Assembly (NCBI GenBank): GCA_000433915.1
Contig: HF993646.1
Coordinates: 69,357-133,356 of the forward strand
Direction of reading: 5' to 3'
Length of the DNA: 64,000 nt
Origin: Clostridium sp. CAG:793
GTDB taxonomy: Bacteria; Bacillota; Clostridia; TANB77; CAG-508
Shown here: positions 1-11,152 of the stretch, piece by piece
Position numbering within the stretch: position 1 is the stretch's first letter
Layout of the letters: each line of letters begins with the position of its first letter
Made by a program: the position numbers and the translations under genes
Notes under the pieces: model-generated
Told to the model about the DNA's origin: nothing
Seen by the model: only the letters and a program-made list of their open reading frames with translations
The model's database searches: none

Positions 1-90
1 AGAAAATATATAAAAAGTAAATTTAATGTAATACTTAAAAAATGGCTTGAAATAGCACGTTTTAAGAAAATATATAAAATGAAGAGAAAA

Positions 91-123
91 TAAAAAAGAT
101 GAAAAAGTTAACCTTTTTCATCT
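91..123 (-). terminator. intrinsic terminator downstream of tRNA-Glu
   Basis: Perfect 11-bp stem AGATGAAAAAG/CTTTTTCATCT, followed by a T-run on the minus strand. Confidence 0.6.
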
Positions 124-128
124 AAGTC

Positions 129-203
129 TGGTGACCCCGACGGGAATCGAACCCATGATTCAGCCTTGAGAGGGCTACGTCTTAACCGCTTGACCACGGG
201 GCC
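129..203 (-). tRNA. tRNA-Glu (anticodon CUC)
   Basis: The reverse complement folds as a cloverleaf: acceptor GGCCCCG/CGGGGTC, anticodon stem TAGCC/GGCTG, loop CTCTCAA, T-loop GGTTCGATTCC, encoded CCA. Confidence 0.9.
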
Positions 204-288
204 ATAACAAAATTATTATACAATATAAAAATAATTAAGTCAACAAAAAAATATAAAAAAATAATGAAAATTAAAAACAAGAAAAGTA

Positions 289-317
289 TTGACAAATAGA
301 AGATAACTTAGTATAAT
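289..317 (+). promoter_or_regulatory. SigA-type promoter for rpmF-rpmE
   Basis: TTGACA, 17-bp spacer, TATAAT. Confidence 0.6.
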
Positions 318-380
318 ATTAAAGTGACTAAAATAAGAGAATAAATAATATAGATATTCTAAGCATAAGGAGGGATAAAG

Positions 381-563
381 ATGGCACAACCAAAAAGAAG
401 ATGGTCTAAAGCAAGAACACATACTAAAAGATCAACATGGAAATTAGAGAATAAGAACTTAGTAGAATGCCCACATTGCCATAAACTTATGATGCAACAC
501 AGAATTTGCCCAAGTTGTGGATATTATGATGGAACAGAAGTTATATCTCAAAAAGCTAACTAA
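381..563 (+). CDS. rpmF: 50S ribosomal protein L32
   Basis: MAQPKRRWSKARTHTKR N-terminus and a CxxC...CxxC zinc ribbon. RBS AGGAGG upstream. Confidence 0.93.
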   Translation: MAQPKRRWSKARTHTKRSTWKLENKNLVECPHCHKLMMQHRICPSCGYYDGTEVISQKAN

Positions 564-594
564 TTAAGCAAGGTAAGAAAGAGGTGAAACCAAG

Positions 595-795
595 ATGAAA
601 GAAGGAATACATCCAGAATATACAGAAGCTACAATAACTTGTGCTTGTGGAAATGTTATGAAAACAAATTCAACAAAAAAAGATTTAAAAGTAGATGTAT
701 GCTCAAAATGTCATCCATTTTGGACAGGTAATTTAAGAAAAGAGACAACAGGTGGAAAAGCTGATAAATTCAAAAAGAAATATGGATTACAATAA
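595..795 (+). CDS. rpmE: 50S ribosomal protein L31
   Basis: MKEGIHPEY start and CxC...[10 protein letters not shown] motif. Confidence 0.95.
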   Translation: MKEGIHPEYTEATITCACGNVMKTNSTKKDLKVDVCSKCHPFWTGNLRKETTGGKADKFKKKYGLQ

Positions 796-806
796 TCGAA
801 AAATAG

Positions 807-838
807 ACTCTGTAGCATTTTGTTACAGAGTTATTTTA
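807..838 (+). terminator. intrinsic terminator after rpmE
   Basis: Stem ACTCTGTA/TACAGAGT followed by a T-rich tail. Confidence 0.6.
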
Positions 839-869
839 GTATAGAAACGCATGTAAGAAAGGAAAAACA

Positions 870-2297
870 ATGGAAGCTAATATACAAGAATGGACAGATA
901 AAATTAATGAATTTTATAATGGAAAAAGTAGAAAATATGCCATAATGACAATGGGATGTCAGCTTAATGAAAATGATTCAGAAAAAATGAGTGGAATGTG
1001 TAAAAAAGCTGGATTTGAAAGAACTAATGATTTATCAGAAGCAGATTTGATTATTTTTAATACATGTTGTGTTAGAGAAAATGCAGAAGATAAACTATTT
1101 GGCAAATTAGGAGAAGTTAAGAAATATAAAGAAACTAATGGTACAATAATTGCTATTGGTGGTTGTATGATGCAAGAAAAACATATTGTAGAAAAGCTAA
1201 ATGCAAGTTATCCTTTTGTAGATATAATATTTGGCCCTCATACTTTGGAGCAATTTCCTAAAGACTTGTATAAGGCTTTAATTGAGAAAAAGAAAATTGA
1301 AGATATATTAGATATAGATGGATTAGTATATGAAGGGGTTCCTGTTGAAAGAGAGGACAAAATAAAAGCTTCTGTTGCTATAATGAATGGATGTAATAAT
1401 TTTTGCACATATTGTATAGTTCCTTATGTTCGTGGAAGAGAAAGAAGTAGAAATCCACAAGATATAATTAATGAAGTAGAAAGCCTTGCTACACAAGGAT
1501 ATAAGGAAGTTACTCTGTTAGGACAAAATGTTAATTCATATTTAGTAAGCCAGAAACAAAAAGGCGAAGACGTTGATTTTAGAGTTGTAGTTCAAGGCAA
1601 AGAAACGGTCGTAAATTCATTTGCAACATTATTACAAGCTTTAGATGAAATAGAAGGAATAGAGAGAATTAGATTCATTTCACCACATCCAAAAGATTTT
1701 ACTGACGATGTAATAGATGCTATAAAAAATGGAAAGCATATATGTAAACTGATTCATTTACCACTTCAGTCAGGAAGCACAGAAGTATTAAGAAGAATGA
1801 ATAGAAAATACAGTAAAGAACAATATTTAGAATTAGCTAGAAAAATAAAAGAAGAGATACCAGATGTGACATTTTCAACAGATATAATAGTTGGATTTCC
1901 AGGTGAAACAGAGGAAGACTTTGAAGATACATTAGATGTTGTTAGAAAAGTTGATTTTGACCAAGTTTATATGTTTATTTATTCTAGAAGACTGGGAACT
2001 CCTGCTGATAAAATGGATGACCAAGTTCCAGAAGAGATAAAACATAAAAGATTTGATAGATTAAAGAAATTAGCAGAAGAAATAATCGAGAGAAAAAACA
2101 AAGAATATGTTGGAACAAAGCAATATGTACTTGTTGAGGGAAAAAGTAAAAACAATAAGGATATGCTAACCGGTAGAACAGAATCTAACAAAGTTGTAAA
2201 TTTTGAAGGACCAGATGATCTAATAGGAAAGCTAATAAGCATGGAAATTGTTTCAGAACATATGTGGTATTTAAAGGGAAAATGTGATAAAATGTAA
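870..2297 (+). CDS. miaB: tRNA (i6A37) methylthiotransferase MiaB
   Basis: MTTase N-terminal domain, radical-SAM CNNFCTYC motif, C-terminal TRAM-like end, 475 aa. Confidence 0.9.
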   Translation: MEANIQEWTDKINEFYNGKSRKYAIMTMGCQLNENDSEKMSGMCKKAGFERTNDLSEADLIIFNTCCVRENAEDKLFGKLGEVKKYKETNGTIIAIGGCMMQEKHIVEKLNASYPFVDIIFGPHTLEQFPKDLYKALIEKKKIEDILDIDGLVYEGVPVEREDKIKASVAIMNGCNNFCTYCIVPYVRGRERSRNPQDIINEVESLATQGYKEVTLLGQNVNSYLVSQKQKGEDVDFRVVVQGKETVVNSFATLLQALDEIEGIERIRFISPHPKDFTDDVIDAIKNGKHICKLIHLPLQSGSTEVLRRMNRKYSKEQYLELARKIKEEIPDVTFSTDIIVGFPGETEEDFEDTLDVVRKVDFDQVYMFIYSRRLGTPADKMDDQVPEEIKHKRFDRLKKLAEEIIERKNKEYVGTKQYVLVEGKSKNNKDMLTGRTESNKVVNFEGPDDLIGKLISMEIVSEHMWYLKGKCDKM

Positions 2298-2367
2298 GTC
2301 GTAATGACTTACATTTTAAGTTTACATAAATTGAAACAATGAATGAACAAGGAGATGACTCATAATA

Positions 2368-5010
2368 ATGGCAGAAAATGAATTAGAAAATGCACTAAAA
2401 GATTTGGATATAAATAAATTTTCACCTATGATGCAGCATTACATATCAACTAGAAGAAAATATCCTGATAGTATATTATTTTATCGATTAGGAGACTTTT
2501 ATGAAATGTTTTTTGATGATGCATTACGTGTTTCAAGAGAGTTAGAGTTAACTCTTACAGGAAAAGATTGTGGTCAAGAAGAAAGAGCTCCAATGTGTGG
2601 AATTCCATATCATGCAGCAGAAGGATATATTTGCAAATTAGTTGAAAAAGGCTACAAAGTTGCTATATGTGAACAGCTAGAAGATCCAAAACAAGCTAAG
2701 GGAATAGTAAAACGTGATGTTATAAAGGTTATAACACCAGGAACCATTGTTGATGGTAGCTTGCTTGAAGAGAAAAAAAATAATTATATTATGAGCATTT
2801 ATAAAGAAGGAATTTATTTTGGTGTTGCAATCTGTGACATTTCGACAGGTGATTTTTATGCAACAGAAATAAAAGAAGATAATAATTTCGCAAAATTATT
2901 AGATGAAATATCTAGATACAATCCATCAGAACTTGTAATTAATCAAATGCTTGCTGATTCAACAGAAGAAGTGAATGAGATTAAACAAAGATTTAATACA
3001 TATATTTCTAAGGAAAATGAAGAAGTTTTCTCACAAGAATCAAAAAATATAAAGTCTACATTTGATGTTGTAGATAAAGATGGAAATGAATACAAAGATT
3101 TTGACAAGCATTTATTTGTAATATCAGCTATAAATGGTTTAATGAATTATATTGAAGATACTCAAAAGGAAAGACCTGATAATTTAAATAAAATAACAAT
3201 ATATGAAGCTACTAAATATATGGCTTTAGATATAAATGCACGAAGAAACCTTGAACTTACAGAAAAGCTTAGAGATAAATCAAAAAAAGGGACTCTACTA
3301 TGGGTGCTTGATAAAACATCAACCTCTATGGGGGGAAGACTTTTAAGAAGATGGATAAGCGACCCTTTGGTGGATGTAAATGATATACAGAATAGACTTG
3401 GAGCAGTAAAAGAATTAAAGGAAAATGATATTCTAAGAGACGATGTTATAAATTCTTTGAAAAATGTATATGATATAGAAAGATTAGCAGGTAAGATTTC
3501 GTATGGCACAGCTAATGCGAGAGATTTGATTTCACTAAAAAATTCTGTATCACAGTTGCCTGAATTAAAAGATACACTTTCTAGAGCAAATTCTAATATG
3601 CTAAGTACAATGTATAGAGCATTAGATACTTTAGATGACATATTTAATTTGATAAATATTGCAATAGTTGATGATCCGCCAATGTCGGTAAAAGAAGGTG
3701 GATTAATAAAAAAAGGATATGATGAACAAATTGATGAACTTATTGACTTAACTACTAACGGAAAGAAATGGCTACTTGATATTGAAGCTAAGGAAAAAGA
3801 GCTAACTGGAATTAAAAATTTGAAAATTGGATATAATAAAATATTTGGCTATTATATTGAAGTTAGTAAATCTTTTGTAAAAATGGTTCCAACAGATAGA
3901 TATATAAGAAAGCAAACTTTAACAACTGGTGAAAGATATATAACAGAAGAGCTTAAGAATATGGAAAATCAGATTGTTGGGGCACAGGAAAGAATTGTAA
4001 ATCTTGAATATGACACATTTGCAAAAATAAGAGATCAAATTGAAGAAAATGCAAAAAGATTACAAACAGCAGCTAGTATAGTTGCTAAAGTTGATGTACT
4101 TTGCTCATTAGCAATTGTTGCAAAAGATCAAAATTATTGTATGCCAGTTGTTGATAATTCAGATGTAATAGATATAAAAGAAGGTCGTCATCCAGTAGTA
4201 GAAAAGATATTACATGCTGGTGCATTTGTTCAAAATGATGCATACTTAGATGCTACTGAAAATAGATTAAATATAATTACGGGACCTAATATGGCTGGTA
4301 AATCAACGTATATGAGGCAAGTAGCTTTAATTACACTTATGGCTCAAATAGGAAGTTTTGTACCGGCTACATCTGCTAGAATAGGCGTAGTTGACAAAAT
4401 CTTTACAAGAGTTGGAGCATCAGATGATTTAAGTATGGGTGAAAGTACGTTTATGGTTGAAATGATGGAGGTTGCAACTATTCTAAATAATGCAACAAGC
4501 AAAAGCTTAGTTATTTTAGATGAAATAGGAAGAGGAACATCTACGTATGATGGAATGTCAATTGCATGGGCTGTTGCAGAATATATTACTAAAATAAAGG
4601 CAAAAACATTATTTGCAACACATTATCATGAATTAACAAGCTTGGAAGGAATGTTAGAAGGAACTAAAAATTATCATGTTGCTGTAAAAGAAAGAGGAGA
4701 AGATGTTATATTCCTTAGAAAAATACTTCCTGGAGGAACAGATGAAAGCTATGGTGTGCATGTCGCTAAATTAGCAGGAGTTCCTAAAGAAGTAACTAAG
4801 AGAGCAAATGAAATTTTAAGAAGCTTGGAAAGAAAGAGTGCATTAAAAGAAGAGCCAAAAAGTAATAAACAAGAAGATCAAGGACAATTAAGCATGTATA
4901 ATTATAAACTTGCTGAAATTGCACATGAATTAGATAAGATTAAATTAGATGAAATCACACCGATTGATGCTTTAAATATTTTATCTAAAATTAAAGAAAA
5001 AATGATGTAA
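2368..5010 (+). CDS. mutS: DNA mismatch repair protein MutS
   Basis: GDFYEMF mismatch-binding motif, Walker A GPNMAGKSTY, 880 aa. Confidence 0.96.
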   Translation: MAENELENALKDLDINKFSPMMQHYISTRRKYPDSILFYRLGDFYEMFFDDALRVSRELELTLTGKDCGQEERAPMCGIPYHAAEGYICKLVEKGYKVAICEQLEDPKQAKGIVKRDVIKVITPGTIVDGSLLEEKKNNYIMSIYKEGIYFGVAICDISTGDFYATEIKEDNNFAKLLDEISRYNPSELVINQMLADSTEEVNEIKQRFNTYISKENEEVFSQESKNIKSTFDVVDKDGNEYKDFDKHLFVISAINGLMNYIEDTQKERPDNLNKITIYEATKYMALDINARRNLELTEKLRDKSKKGTLLWVLDKTSTSMGGRLLRRWISDPLVDVNDIQNRLGAVKELKENDILRDDVINSLKNVYDIERLAGKISYGTANARDLISLKNSVSQLPELKDTLSRANSNMLSTMYRALDTLDDIFNLINIAIVDDPPMSVKEGGLIKKGYDEQIDELIDLTTNGKKWLLDIEAKEKELTGIKNLKIGYNKIFGYYIEVSKSFVKMVPTDRYIRKQTLTTGERYITEELKNMENQIVGAQERIVNLEYDTFAKIRDQIEENAKRLQTAASIVAKVDVLCSLAIVAKDQNYCMPVVDNSDVIDIKEGRHPVVEKILHAGAFVQNDAYLDATENRLNIITGPNMAGKSTYMRQVALITLMAQIGSFVPATSARIGVVDKIFTRVGASDDLSMGESTFMVEMMEVATILNNATSKSLVILDEIGRGTSTYDGMSIAWAVAEYITKIKAKTLFATHYHELTSLEGMLEGTKNYHVAVKERGEDVIFLRKILPGGTDESYGVHVAKLAGVPKEVTKRANEILRSLERKSALKEEPKSNKQEDQGQLSMYNYKLAEIAHELDKIKLDEITPIDALNILSKIKEKMM

Positions 5011-5022
5011 AGGAGAATACTT

Positions 5023-6669
5023 ATGAAAATATATTATCAAGGAAAAGAAGTAGGGTTACCAGCAGGAGTAACTTGTGTAGCAGAGATGTTTAAAGAAAAC
5101 TTACGTATATTTCCTAAACATGTTATAGCATGCAAATGCAATAATGAAGTAAAATCATTAGAATATGAAATAAAAGAAGGCGATAGTGTAGAGCTTTTGG
5201 ATTTAACAAGTAAAGATGGTATGCTTGTATATATTAGAGGAGCTTTGTTCTTAGCATGTATGGCATTTAATGAGTTATATCCAAATTCACAATTAAGTGT
5301 AAATTTCCAACTATCAAATGCTATGTTTTGTGAATTAAAGAATATGGAACTTACAGACGAAATGATTGATAATGTAAGAAACAAAATGCATGAATATGTT
5401 GAAAAAGACTTGCATATAACAAAGAAAATGATGACAAAATCTGAGGCTAAGGAGTTTTATGATAGAGAGAAAACACTTAGAGGAATATTACAATTAAGCA
5501 ATGATGAAAAAGATACAGTTACATTATATTATTGCCAAGATTATTATAATTATTTTTATGGTGTAATGCCTATAAGCACTGGATTTATTGATATATTTGA
5601 TATTGAAAAATATAAAACAGGATTTATCGTTAGATATCCTAATAGAAAAAATCCAGAAGAATTAGGAGAATTTAAGGAAAGTAAAAAGTTTTTAGCAACA
5701 TTGAAGGAATATGAGGATATTAACAGTTTAATGCATGTACAAACAATTTATCATGTAAATAATGCAATAGCTAAAGATGGAGGTAAGGATCTTATTCTAA
5801 CTTCAGAAGCTTTAAATGAAAAGAAAATTGCAGAAATGGCTGATAAGATTGCTAAAAGGCCAGGAATAAAAATGGTATTAATAGCAGGACCATCATCATC
5901 AGGAAAAACAACTTTTGCAAAAAGACTAGGGATTCAATTAAAGGTAAATGGACTAAAGCCTGTAACAATTGGAACTGATGACTATTTTGTAGAAAGACCA
6001 ATGACTCCTAGAGATGAGAATGGAGATTATGATTTTGAAACAATTGAAGCATTAGACTTAGAGTTATTTAATGAACATCTAACAAAATTAATAAATGGTG
6101 AAACTGTTCAAATGCCTACTTTTGATTTCAAAGAAGGAACAAAAAAATATTTAGGAAAAGAACTTCACTTAGCAGATGATGAAATTCTTGTAATAGAAGG
6201 AATACATTGCTTAAATGATAGATTAACAGAAAGTATACCAGCAGAAAATAAATTTAAAATTTATATAAGTGATTTAACGGTATTAAATATTGACTACTTT
6301 AATAGAATATCAACAACTGATACAAGATTAGTTCGTAGAATGGTAAGAGACTATAATTTTAGAGGATATTCTGCTTTAGACACATTAAAGAGATGGCCAT
6401 CAGTAAACGCAGGAGAAGACAAAAATATATTCCCTTATCAAGAAGAGGCTGATGCTATGTTTAATAGCTCACTAGTGTATGAATTGCCAGTACTTGCAAA
6501 GCATGCTTTACCACTTTTAAGAGAAATAAAAGATACTGAAAAGGAATACTCAGAGGCTAAACGTATAATATCTTTCTTAGAGTATTTTGATCAAATTGAA
6601 GATGAAAGTCCAATACCTAATAATTCATTATTACGTGAATTTATAGGAGGTAGTGTATTTGGATATTAA
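5023..6669 (+). CDS. uridine kinase / phosphoribulokinase-family ATPase with an N-terminal TGS-like domain
   Basis: P-loop GPSSSGKTTFAKRL in the C-terminal half; the N-terminal beta-grasp-like region resembles ThrRS/TGS. Confidence 0.7.
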   Translation: MKIYYQGKEVGLPAGVTCVAEMFKENLRIFPKHVIACKCNNEVKSLEYEIKEGDSVELLDLTSKDGMLVYIRGALFLACMAFNELYPNSQLSVNFQLSNAMFCELKNMELTDEMIDNVRNKMHEYVEKDLHITKKMMTKSEAKEFYDREKTLRGILQLSNDEKDTVTLYYCQDYYNYFYGVMPISTGFIDIFDIEKYKTGFIVRYPNRKNPEELGEFKESKKFLATLKEYEDINSLMHVQTIYHVNNAIAKDGGKDLILTSEALNEKKIAEMADKIAKRPGIKMVLIAGPSSSGKTTFAKRLGIQLKVNGLKPVTIGTDDYFVERPMTPRDENGDYDFETIEALDLELFNEHLTKLINGETVQMPTFDFKEGTKKYLGKELHLADDEILVIEGIHCLNDRLTESIPAENKFKIYISDLTVLNIDYFNRISTTDTRLVRRMVRDYNFRGYSALDTLKRWPSVNAGEDKNIFPYQEEADAMFNSSLVYELPVLAKHALPLLREIKDTEKEYSEAKRIISFLEYFDQIEDESPIPNNSLLREFIGGSVFGY

Positions 6670-6693
6670 GCGATGTAATGAAAGGAGCAGAAT

Positions 6694-7002
6694 ATGAAGA
6701 ATTTTACTAAAAGAGATGAAAGTTTTGTATGTGAAAATTGTAATGTACAAGTTGAAAAATTAGGATATACTTCAAGAGACCACTGCCCACATTGCTTATG
6801 CTCAAAACATGTTGATAATATGCCAGGTGACAGGAGCGAAACTTGTCATGGCATATTAAGACCTATTCAGGTTGAGCTAGATAACAAAAAAGGATATGTA
6901 ATTATATATAAATGTGATAAATGTGGTGCGATACGAAAAAACAAAGCCGCAGATGATGATAACAAAGATTTGCTTATAGAATTAACAGTTTGCAAACAAT
7001 AA
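6694..7002 (+). CDS. RNHCP-domain zinc-ribbon protein
   Basis: SRDHCPHCLCSKH motif plus CENC and CDKC pairs, 102 aa. Confidence 0.65.
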   Translation: MKNFTKRDESFVCENCNVQVEKLGYTSRDHCPHCLCSKHVDNMPGDRSETCHGILRPIQVELDNKKGYVIIYKCDKCGAIRKNKAADDDNKDLLIELTVCKQ

Positions 7003-7018
7003 TAACGGAGGTACATAT

Positions 7019-8062
7019 ATGGAAGGTAATGATGAAAAAATAATGATTGAAGACGTTCTGCCTGATAAAAGTAAGAGAATACTTACAGGTGATAGACCTA
7101 CAGGAAGATTACATATTGGGCATTACTTTGGTTCTCTAAAGAGTAGAGTAAAATTGCAAGATCAATTTGAAACATTTATTGAAGTTGCAGATGTACAAGC
7201 TTTAACTGATAATTTTAATAATCCAGATAAAGTAAAACAGAATGTAACTCAAATTTTGATGGATGAACTTGCTGTTGGAATAGATCCTAATAAGGTAACA
7301 TTTCTATTGCAATCAATGGTTCCAGAAATAGCTGAATTAACAGTATTTTATTCAAATCTTGTAACAATAGCAAGACTACAGAGAAATCCAACAGTGAAAA
7401 CAGAAATTGCACAAAAAAAGGATTTATTTGGTGAAAGTGTAACTTATGGATTTTTAGGATATCCAGTTAGTCAGGCTGCTGATATTACTGCTTTTGAAGC
7501 GGAAATAGTTCCAGTTGGAGAGGATCAATTACCTTTGATTGAACAATGCAGAGAAATTGTTAGAAAATTTAATTCTATTTATGGAGATACTTTAAAAGAG
7601 CCTAAAGCAGTATTAAGCAGTAATGCTCGTATAAAAGGTCTTGATGGAAATGAGAAAATGGGTAAATCCCTTGGAAATGCTTTGTATTTATCAGATGATT
7701 TTGATACAATAAAAGCAAAAGTAATGTCTGCAGTAACAGATCCAGCTAGAATTAAGAAAGATGATCCGGGTAATCCAGATATATGTATGGTTTATTATTA
7801 TCATAAATTATTTAGCACAAGTGATGAGTGCCATAATATTTGTGAAGAATGTAAAGCTGGAAAAAGAGGATGTGTTTCATGCAAGAAGCAATTAATTGAA
7901 AGTGTAAATAATACTTTAGAGCCTATAAGAGATAAAAGACATTATTATGAAGAAAGACCAAATGAGGTAATGGATATATTAATGTCAGGAACAAAACATG
8001 CAAGAGAAATAGCAAAGCAAACAATGGAAAAAGTTAAGAAGTCAATGAAATTAGATTATTAA
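7019..8062 (+). CDS. trpS: tryptophan--tRNA ligase
   Basis: Class I motifs GRLHIGH and KMGKS. A C-terminal Cys cluster C-x6-C-x2-C is present. Confidence 0.9.
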   Translation: MEGNDEKIMIEDVLPDKSKRILTGDRPTGRLHIGHYFGSLKSRVKLQDQFETFIEVADVQALTDNFNNPDKVKQNVTQILMDELAVGIDPNKVTFLLQSMVPEIAELTVFYSNLVTIARLQRNPTVKTEIAQKKDLFGESVTYGFLGYPVSQAADITAFEAEIVPVGEDQLPLIEQCREIVRKFNSIYGDTLKEPKAVLSSNARIKGLDGNEKMGKSLGNALYLSDDFDTIKAKVMSAVTDPARIKKDDPGNPDICMVYYYHKLFSTSDECHNICEECKAGKRGCVSCKKQLIESVNNTLEPIRDKRHYYEERPNEVMDILMSGTKHAREIAKQTMEKVKKSMKLDY

Positions 8063-8065
8063 TAA

Positions 8066-9364
<1,299 letters not shown>

Positions 9365-9432
9365 TTTGCATTAATTTACATAATGTGATATAATATAAAG
9401 TATTATACGGAACAAAAAAGGAGTAATACATC

Positions 9433-10320
9433 ATGGAAATGCACATTGAAAAAATTTTGAACAACACGGTACACTTCTGGCGGGATCTTGCTAAGGAAGT
9501 AAAGAAAGATTGGAGACTTGGGTTTGCATTAATTGTTGGAGTTATTATCAGCTTGATGATCACATTGCCGTATATGTTTCCAAAACAGGTTCAAACTGCT
9601 CATGAAACAGAGAGTACTACCAACAGTGCAAAAGAAACTGGCACTTATGAGGTAGCTCAGGATCGTCAAGAACGTAGTAGCTATATGGTTACGGTAAATG
9701 TTGTAGGTGCTACTAAAGAAATAACTGGAGAGAGCGAACATGTAATGACAATAAGAGAAAATTTTGACAATGAGGATGAAGTTGCACCAATAGGCGAAAA
9801 TGCTAAAACTACTGAAGATGCTAAGGACGCTGAAGTAATTGCAGAGCCTACAAGTTATGACTCGAATTACGATATGTTTCTTAAACTTGTAGCTGCTGAG
9901 TCTGGTAATTGTGGACTGGATGAACAAGAAGCAGTGGCACAGTGCATCTGGAACAGGGCTGGTCATGATATGAATAATATTATGACTGTTGCTACTGCAA
10001 GAGGACAGTTTTCAACTGTAAAGAATGGACAAGCGTATGCTAATTTCTCTGATGGTTATAGAGATGTAAGAATGAGTGACATTAACGATGTTACTAAAGA
10101 AGCAGTTGGAAATGTAGTAAATGGTAAAACCACAGTTGTAGAAGAGGCTTTGGCTGATACAGCTAACCAGATGGGACTCTCAGTGGAAACGTATGCAAGC
10201 GGCGGACCGGTATTCTTTTACAGCCCGAAGTACTGCTCCGAAAGTGCATTGGCTGATAGAGCAGCCATTGCCGTGAAAGTTCAAATTGGAAACCAAGTAT
10301 TCTATAAAGCTTGGCAATGA
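9433..10320 (+). CDS. membrane-anchored SleB-type (Hydrolase_2) cell wall hydrolase
   Basis: N-terminal TM segment, then C-terminal EAVAQCIWNRAGH...ARGQFSTV, typical of the SleB-like catalytic domain. G+C is visibly raised. Confidence 0.7.
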   Translation: MEMHIEKILNNTVHFWRDLAKEVKKDWRLGFALIVGVIISLMITLPYMFPKQVQTAHETESTTNSAKETGTYEVAQDRQERSSYMVTVNVVGATKEITGESEHVMTIRENFDNEDEVAPIGENAKTTEDAKDAEVIAEPTSYDSNYDMFLKLVAAESGNCGLDEQEAVAQCIWNRAGHDMNNIMTVATARGQFSTVKNGQAYANFSDGYRDVRMSDINDVTKEAVGNVVNGKTTVVEEALADTANQMGLSVETYASGGPVFFYSPKYCSESALADRAAIAVKVQIGNQVFYKAWQ

Positions 10321-10328
10321 GAACTCCA

Positions 10329-10362
10329 ATCGCTCCCCGATTTAAAGGGAGCGATTTTTTTT
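10329..10362 (+). terminator. intrinsic terminator
   Basis: Stem ATCGCTCCC/GGGAGCGAT followed by T8. Confidence 0.8.
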
Positions 10363-10405
10363 AACGCCAAATTCTTTAATAATAATTTCTTTAACTGACC
10401 AATTA

Positions 10406-10425
10406 GTACACTTGTATTAAAAAAT
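10406..10425. promoter_or_regulatory. operator-like repeat 1 (TTAGTACACTTGTATTAAAA)
   Basis: 20-bp direct repeat with one mismatch to 10447-10466. The core is TACAnnTGTA. Confidence 0.5.
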
Positions 10426-10438
10426 ACAAAATTATATT

Positions 10439-10467
10439 GCTTTTTTAGTACAATTGTATTAAAATAT
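10439..10467 (+). promoter_or_regulatory. promoter of the TetR cluster with operator repeat 2 in the spacer
   Basis: TTGCTT, 17-bp spacer, TAAAAT. The spacer contains the perfect palindrome TACAATTGTA. Confidence 0.5.
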
Positions 10468-10538
10468 AGAAAGAAAGGGATTATAAAAGTAGATTTAATT
10501 CACATAAAGTCGAATTATATATAAACTTGGAGGAAAAG

Positions 10539-11144
10539 ATGCGATTACTACCTAAAAAGAAAAATAAGAAAATAAAAGTAACAGCAAAAGAAAAACTAAA
10601 AAAAGCAACTTTCGAATTATTATCTGAAAAAGGATATGCATCAGTTTCAACAAGGGATATTGCTAAAAGAGCTGATGTGGCTGTTGGACAACTTACATAT
10701 TATTATAAAACAAAAGATGCTCTTATTATGGAAGTTGTTGATGAAACAATAGAATGCTTGATATTAAGCTTAAGGGAATGTATTGATAGTTCAGATAAAA
10801 AAATAGAAACAGCAGAAGATTTTTTTGATGAATTAATCAGGCAAGATGAGAAAACATCCAGAATACTAATAGATGTTATTTCACAAGCTTTGTACAATAA
10901 TCAGTTAACTTTGCGTGCAAACGAATTGCTAGATAAATTATCTGAGATAATTACTTCAATATATATATCAGAAAAAAATGAAGATGAAAATGTAGCTAAA
11001 AATTCTGCTGAGAAATTTATAAATTGTGTATTAGGAACAATTGTAAGAAATAATATACACAAATTTAGTATTGAATTTGAAAATATGGCTAAAGAGAAAA
11101 CAGCTAAAAAGAAATTATCTGTAAAATCTTTATTTGAATATTAG
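10539..11144 (+). CDS. TetR/AcrR-family transcriptional regulator
   Basis: N-terminal HTH (GYASVSTRDIAKRADVAVGQLTYYY). The ATG at 10539 follows GGAGGA; the ORF track starts at an upstream TTG (10527). Confidence 0.85.
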   Translation: MRLLPKKKNKKIKVTAKEKLKKATFELLSEKGYASVSTRDIAKRADVAVGQLTYYYKTKDALIMEVVDETIECLILSLRECIDSSDKKIETAEDFFDELIRQDEKTSRILIDVISQALYNNQLTLRANELLDKLSEIITSIYISEKNEDENVAKNSAEKFINCVLGTIVRNNIHKFSIEFENMAKEKTAKKKLSVKSLFEY

Positions 11145-11152
11145 AGGAAAAA

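Noticed and set aside
39-54. The 16-mer AAAATGGCTTGAAATA occurs near both tRNA-Glu (39-54) and tRNA-Gly (27094-27109).
   Set aside because: It is a single short AT-rich match with no extended similarity around it. That is within chance expectation for 64 kb of roughly 28% G+C DNA.
3162-3641. Antisense ORFs inside well-supported genes: 3162-3641 in mutS, 29325-30199 in glyQS, 31747-32463 in mreB, 37382-37864 in ppaC, 46258-46602 in rny, and others.
   Set aside because: Each is fully contained in a conserved gene on the other strand, and the translations are low-complexity.
9373-9401. dif-like string (the reverse complement contains ATTATGTAAATT, resembling the XerD arm of Bacillus dif) in front of the GC-rich hydrolase gene.
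   Set aside because: Only one arm matches. The putative XerC arm and the spacer length do not fit, and the sequence is better explained as the -35 and extended -10 of the promoter.
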